From Acidobacteriota bacterium (lineage in GTDB: Bacteria; Acidobacteriota; UBA890; WLXD01), in the NCBI GenBank assembly GCA_965205505.1, contig CBDBHB010000009.1, positions 704,001 through 768,000 on the forward strand: a stretch of DNA of 64,000 nucleotides, in the 5' to 3' direction. The translations under genes were made by a program, and so were the position numbers. This document shows, piece after piece, positions 59,667 to 64,000 of this stretch. The first letter of the stretch is position 1. Every line of letters starts with the position of its first letter. The notes under the pieces were generated by a model that had not been told where the DNA came from, ran no database searches, and was given only the letters and a program-made list of their open reading frames with translations.

Positions 59667-60602
59667 GTGATCACCGTCCTCGGAATCGTCGCCCCTGTCT
59701 TCGGCCTCATCCTGCTGGGCTTCGCCGCTTCCAGGCTGCGGATGCTCGATGCGGCGGCCGTAATCGGTCTGGTGGTGTTCGTCTTCCACTTCGCCATACC
59801 GGCGATGCTGTTTCGCAACCTGGCGAGGGCGGAGCTGCCGGCCGATATCGAGTGGAGCTTCCTGCTATCGTACTATGGAGGCACGTTCGTGGTCTATGCA
59901 CTCGGCATGGGTGTGGGTCGGTATTCCTTCCGCCGACCCCTCGCGATCCAGGCGACCTGCGGCATGGCGGCGGGGTTCTCCAACACCGTGTTGCTGGGGA
60001 TTCCCCTGTTGCTGACGGTCTTCGGATCGGAAGCGGCGCTCGCCATCTTCATGCTGGTGTTGCTGCATTCGCCCACGCTCATGACGCTGACGATGGTCCT
60101 CATCCGGCTAGGGCGCGGCCGCGAGGTTTCGGTGGGCGCGCAGCTGCGCGGCGTCCTCGCCGAGGTGATTCGTAACCCGATCATTCTGGCCCTGGTGGCG
60201 GGCTTGACCGCGAACCTGGCTGAGCTCGTTCTACCGGGGCCAGTGGAGACAGTCGTGCGGATGCTGGCTGCAGCGGCGGTGCCGTGTGCCCTGTTCGCCA
60301 TGGGTGCCTCGCTGGCCGCGTACCGGCTGGCGGGCGATGTTCTCTCGACCTTCCCATTGGTGGCGCTGAAGCTAGTGGTACATCCGCTACTGGTCTGGGT
60401 GCTGGCGGTACCGGTTCTCGGGCTGGAAGGGGTGTGGGTACCGGTCGCGGTGCTCATGGCCACGATGCCGACCGGTATCAACGTCTACCTGGTGGCGACA
60501 CGCTACGAAGCCGGCACAACCGTGGCCGCCCGAACCGTCTTTCTGAGTACGGTGATCTCTGTGCTGACAATCTCGGCCGCGCTGTACGTGCTTGGAAGCT
60601 GA
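59667..60602 (+). CDS. AEC (auxin efflux carrier) family transporter
   Basis: About 10 TM; SNTVLLGIP, NPII, KLVVHP, MPTGINVY. Confidence 0.9.
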   Translation: MITVLGIVAPVFGLILLGFAASRLRMLDAAAVIGLVVFVFHFAIPAMLFRNLARAELPADIEWSFLLSYYGGTFVVYALGMGVGRYSFRRPLAIQATCGMAAGFSNTVLLGIPLLLTVFGSEAALAIFMLVLLHSPTLMTLTMVLIRLGRGREVSVGAQLRGVLAEVIRNPIILALVAGLTANLAELVLPGPVETVVRMLAAAAVPCALFAMGASLAAYRLAGDVLSTFPLVALKLVVHPLLVWVLAVPVLGLEGVWVPVAVLMATMPTGINVYLVATRYEAGTTVAARTVFLSTVISVLTISAALYVLGS

Positions 60603-60748
60603 CCCTACTGACTCACGGCGAGGCCGACCTGGCGTACCATCGCCCTCGCAACGTAGGCTGCGCCTATTGGCCGCGCCCGTGGGCCTCTCACCGCGTCGGC
60701 GGCGCGGCGCACCTGAAGACCGAACCGTGACAAGGGCAGGAGTGGGTA

Positions 60749-63196
60749 ATGAGCAAGCAAATCGCATTCGCCGGGCTGGCATGTCTCTTCATCGTCGCTT
60801 TCGCGGCGCCGGCGCAGGCTCAGATCGGCTACGGCTCGGCCGTGGCCGTCGGCGACGGCGAGGTCTTTGTGGGCGAGTCCGGAAACCAAGTGACCTCCGG
60901 GTTCGTGTACGTCTATCGACCCGGTAGCGGCGGCTGGGGCGAGACGTCCCGCATCGCCGCACCGGACGCCGCCGAAGCCGACGGATTCGGTCGTGCGATC
61001 GCCACCAGCGGGACCATCCTGATGGTCGGGGCGAGCGCCGCCGACCACGGCGTCGTGCACGTGTACCAACGTCTCGACAGCGGCTGGATGGTGACCGGGA
61101 GGATTACCCCCGCCGAGGAGCTGGCGGGCTTTGGCAGCGTGCTGGCGATGAGCGGAGATCTCGTCATCGTGGGCTCCCCGGCCGCCACTGACGAGGCAGG
61201 AGCCGCCTTCATATATGCCCGCCAAGGCGACTCCTGGGTACGGCAGGCAAAGCTCACGGGCGATCCGCCGGCAATGCTCGGCGGATCGGCGGAAACCGCG
61301 GCTTCGGAGCCGGGCGATCGAGCTGATCCTACGATGCCCGAGCGCTACGGTGCCGCTGTGGCGATCGACGGCGACTGGGCTCTGGTCGGCGCGCCGAGCG
61401 CGGCCAGCCGCTTCGCCGGCCTCACCGGCATCGGGGGCGGCGCGCTACCCGGCAGCGTCTATGCCTACCATCGCCAGGGCGATGCCTGGGAGCAGGTGGC
61501 GAGGATCACGCCGGAAACCGCCACGCCGGGCTCGGCCTTCGGCATCGCCTTGGCGCTGCGCGACGGCGAAGCGCTCATCGGCGCTCCGCGTGCCAACAGC
61601 GGTTCTGGTGGCGTCCACGTTTACACCTACGACGCCGAAGCCGAGCAATGGACGCCGGGCACGACTCTGCTGCCGTTCGACGCCACGCAAGGCATCGCGT
61701 TCGGCAGCACCGTCGCCCTTTGTGATCGCGAAGTCTACGTGGGCGCACCGGGCGTCGACGACCGTCGCGGCGTCGTTTATCACGTTACCCGTGATGCCGA
61801 TGGCAACTGGACCGATGTGACGAAGTACGGAACGAACGGCCTGGGGCGGGGCGCCAGCTTCGCCAGCGCCTTGGCGGCTCGAGGCGACACGCTGGTCGTG
61901 GGGATCCCCGGCGACGACTACGGAGCCGGGACCGCCATGATCCTGTCGCGCGCCCTCGGCGGCTGGGACCGCTCACGGGTTCTCAGCGACATCCGCGGTC
62001 TCGATCCCATCACCGGAGTCGCGGTGCCGTGTCGCAACGGCAAGGCAGATCGTTTCCCCTGCCAGGAGGTCGACCTGCTCTCGTTCCTGCCGGTCGGTGC
62101 GCTCGGCGGCGGTCGTGGCGTGCGAACAAACGATATCTGGGGCTGGACGGATACGGAGACCGGTCGTGAGTACGCGCTCGTGGGGCTCACCGATCGGGCC
62201 TCCTTCGTCGACGTGACCGACCCGGTCAACCCGACCTTCGTCGGCAGCCTGTTGAGGACCGACGGTTCGCCGGGGAGCTCCTGGCGCGACATCAAGGTCT
62301 CCGGCAACCACGCATTCATCGTGTCCGATGCGGCCGCCGAGCACGGCGTGCAGATCCTCGACTTGACCCGCCTGAGGGAGTTCGATGGTACGCCGATCAC
62401 GTTCACGGAAGATGCTCACTACGATCGCATCCACAGCGCCCACAACATCGTCATGAACGAGGAAACAGCGGTCGCGTTCGTGGTCGGCGCCAGCGGCGGA
62501 GGAGACACCTGCGGCGGCGGGCTCCACATGATCAACGTCGAGGACCCGCGCGATCCGGTCTTCGAGGGCTGCTTCGCCGATACCGCGACCGGCCGAGCCA
62601 ACAGCGGCTACTCCCACGACGCCCAGTGCGTGACCTACGCTGGTCCGGACAGGCGCTTCGAGGGCCACGAGATCTGCTTCGGATACAACGGCACGGCGGT
62701 GAGCATCGCCGACGTCAGCGACAAGCGGAACCCGGTGGCCGTCGCCGTCGCGACCTACCCGAACTACGCCTACTCACATCAGGGATGGCTGACCGAGGAC
62801 CACCGCTACGTCTACATGAACGACGAGCTGGACGAGGTCTCTGGGCTTACCGAGGGTACCCGCACGATGATCTTCGACGTTCAGGAGCTCGATGACCCGA
62901 TCTTGGTCGGCGAGTACGTCTCCGACAACAAGGCGATCGACCACAATCTCTTCGTGCGTGGCGGGCGGATGTACCAGTCGAACTACGACTCGGGGCTGCG
63001 CGTTTTTGACATCAGCGATCCCGAGAACCCGCAGCCGGTCGGTTACCTCGACACCGTGCCGTGGGGTGAGGACGGCAGCGGGATGAGCGGCTCGTGGGGC
63101 AACTACCCGTTCTTCGAGAGCGGCGCGGTGGCAGTCACCAGCGGCCGCCAGGGGCTGTTCCTCGTGCGAGTGCGTGGAGAGGAGGGACAGAAATGA
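60749..63196 (+). CDS. Choice-of-anchor B family protein with FG-GAP and LVIVD repeats
   Basis: Signal peptide; FG...VGAP repeats; NDIWGWTD, WRDIK, HQGWLTED, DHN. Confidence 0.88.
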   Translation: MSKQIAFAGLACLFIVAFAAPAQAQIGYGSAVAVGDGEVFVGESGNQVTSGFVYVYRPGSGGWGETSRIAAPDAAEADGFGRAIATSGTILMVGASAADHGVVHVYQRLDSGWMVTGRITPAEELAGFGSVLAMSGDLVIVGSPAATDEAGAAFIYARQGDSWVRQAKLTGDPPAMLGGSAETAASEPGDRADPTMPERYGAAVAIDGDWALVGAPSAASRFAGLTGIGGGALPGSVYAYHRQGDAWEQVARITPETATPGSAFGIALALRDGEALIGAPRANSGSGGVHVYTYDAEAEQWTPGTTLLPFDATQGIAFGSTVALCDREVYVGAPGVDDRRGVVYHVTRDADGNWTDVTKYGTNGLGRGASFASALAARGDTLVVGIPGDDYGAGTAMILSRALGGWDRSRVLSDIRGLDPITGVAVPCRNGKADRFPCQEVDLLSFLPVGALGGGRGVRTNDIWGWTDTETGREYALVGLTDRASFVDVTDPVNPTFVGSLLRTDGSPGSSWRDIKVSGNHAFIVSDAAAEHGVQILDLTRLREFDGTPITFTEDAHYDRIHSAHNIVMNEETAVAFVVGASGGGDTCGGGLHMINVEDPRDPVFEGCFADTATGRANSGYSHDAQCVTYAGPDRRFEGHEICFGYNGTAVSIADVSDKRNPVAVAVATYPNYAYSHQGWLTEDHRYVYMNDELDEVSGLTEGTRTMIFDVQELDDPILVGEYVSDNKAIDHNLFVRGGRMYQSNYDSGLRVFDISDPENPQPVGYLDTVPWGEDGSGMSGSWGNYPFFESGAVAVTSGRQGLFLVRVRGEEGQK

Positions 63197-63211
63197 GCCG
63201 CGGCCTGCTAG
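63195..63211. repeat. 17-nt junction motif A (GAGCCGCGGCCTGCTAG) filling the gap between two convergent stops
   Basis: Identical to 30002-30018. Confidence 0.85.
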
Positions 63212-63858
63212 GGAGCGAGCTCCGGCTCGCGAGGGAGTACCCGGATTGCGCCGTGGCGTCGCCGGGCGATGAACGCCGTGAGCCTCAGTAGCAGCGAGCC
63301 GATCAACAACGATGTGATCGACAGATAGAGCCACCGCTCGGCCATCAACCCACGTCGCACCGTCGACAGCGAATACAGCCAGTTCGTCCTGAAGAACACC
63401 CACCAGAGCCCGTACATCCCGAGCGTGTGGAGCAGGCGCCAGGCGCCGGGGGTCATCCGTTTGCTGAACCGGTCGAATGACGTCAGCGCCAGTGCGACAA
63501 CGACAGCGAGACCGCCGTACGATTCGACCCGATCCAGCACCGACAGTCCGCTCCAGGCGACGCCACGATTGAAGCTAGCCAGCCATACGATCGCCAACAT
63601 GTTCAGCGCGAAGCCGTAGGCAAAGGCGAGGCCGAGGTGCTTGCGGTTGTCCAGCAACCAATTTGCGGTGCCACCGGGCCACAGCGTGCCGACGGCCGCG
63701 GCAACGAAAGCCAGCAGAAAGGGCACCACGGAGGCGCGAATGGTCCAGCGGACCAGCAGACGCGCCGTTTCCTCGTCCTCTGCCCCGGCCACGAGGCCCC
63801 ACACGGCGACCGCCGTCATTGCGGCCGCAGTAGCCCAGAACAGCGTCCACCGTCGCAT
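63208..63858 (-). CDS. Ferric reductase-like (MsrQ-like) membrane protein
   Basis: NRKHLGLAFA, LALTSF, WRLLH; about 6 TM. Confidence 0.75.
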   Translation of the reverse strand: MRRWTLFWATAAAMTAVAVWGLVAGAEDEETARLLVRWTIRASVVPFLLAFVAAAVGTLWPGGTANWLLDNRKHLGLAFAYGFALNMLAIVWLASFNRGVAWSGLSVLDRVESYGGLAVVVALALTSFDRFSKRMTPGAWRLLHTLGMYGLWWVFFRTNWLYSLSTVRRGLMAERWLYLSITSLLIGSLLLRLTAFIARRRHGAIRVLPREPELAP

Positions 63859-64000
63859 GGCGTGATTCCTCGGGAGCGTGGATCGTAGCCTGCCAGCTGT
63901 GGCATCGTGGCGCCACCGTGAGCCTTGAATTTCTTCGCGTTCGTCCCCCGGGTGACGACGGCAGTGGGATGAGGTGCATACGTTGGACGAGAAACTGAGA

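Noticed and set aside
1-64000. CRISPR array, rRNA, tRNA
   Set aside because: No regularly spaced repeats and no recognisable RNA gene patterns by eye; a tRNA/Rfam scan was not possible.
1-64000. Canonical integron cassette array
   Set aside because: No integrase, genes in mixed orientation, and no intact RYYYAAC...GTTRRRY sites between successive genes.

Overview
64-kb, GC-rich (about 65%) bacterial window. It is most consistent with Acidobacteriota, inferred from the Hanks kinase/TolB-propeller family, PQQ propellers, DUF885, VPS10/BNR and choice-of-anchor B genes. It holds about 45 mostly secreted or metabolic accessory genes in short, mixed-orientation blocks, and one complete IS6-family element. 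I found no rRNA, tRNA or CRISPR. The most unusual signal is at the gene junctions. Two short motif families start at TAG/CTAG, mostly at amber stops: CTAGCAGGCCGYGG and TAGTGTCCTGYAACAGARGTTC. Tiny TAG-N(1-11)-CTA(G) footprints recur, and at least seven gene stubs remain (kinase, ECF sigma, CPBP, LVIVD, signal peptide), several cut at a neighbour's stop codon. Together these suggest stop-codon-targeted insertion/deletion that shuffles genes and promoters; this is inference. Other highlights: a 2TM-HAMP-prepilin fusion with a poly-Lys repeat, flanked by a roughly 90-100 bp direct repeat; a duplicated sigma70-like promoter in front of unrelated genes; a C9 tract that puts wecE out of frame; two in-frame amber codons; paired TetR operators; and a PQQ dehydrogenase with a lanthanide-type ligand set next to a diheme cytochrome c. 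Several single-base indels in C/G runs may be sequencing errors. All family calls come from motif recognition by eye, without database searches.
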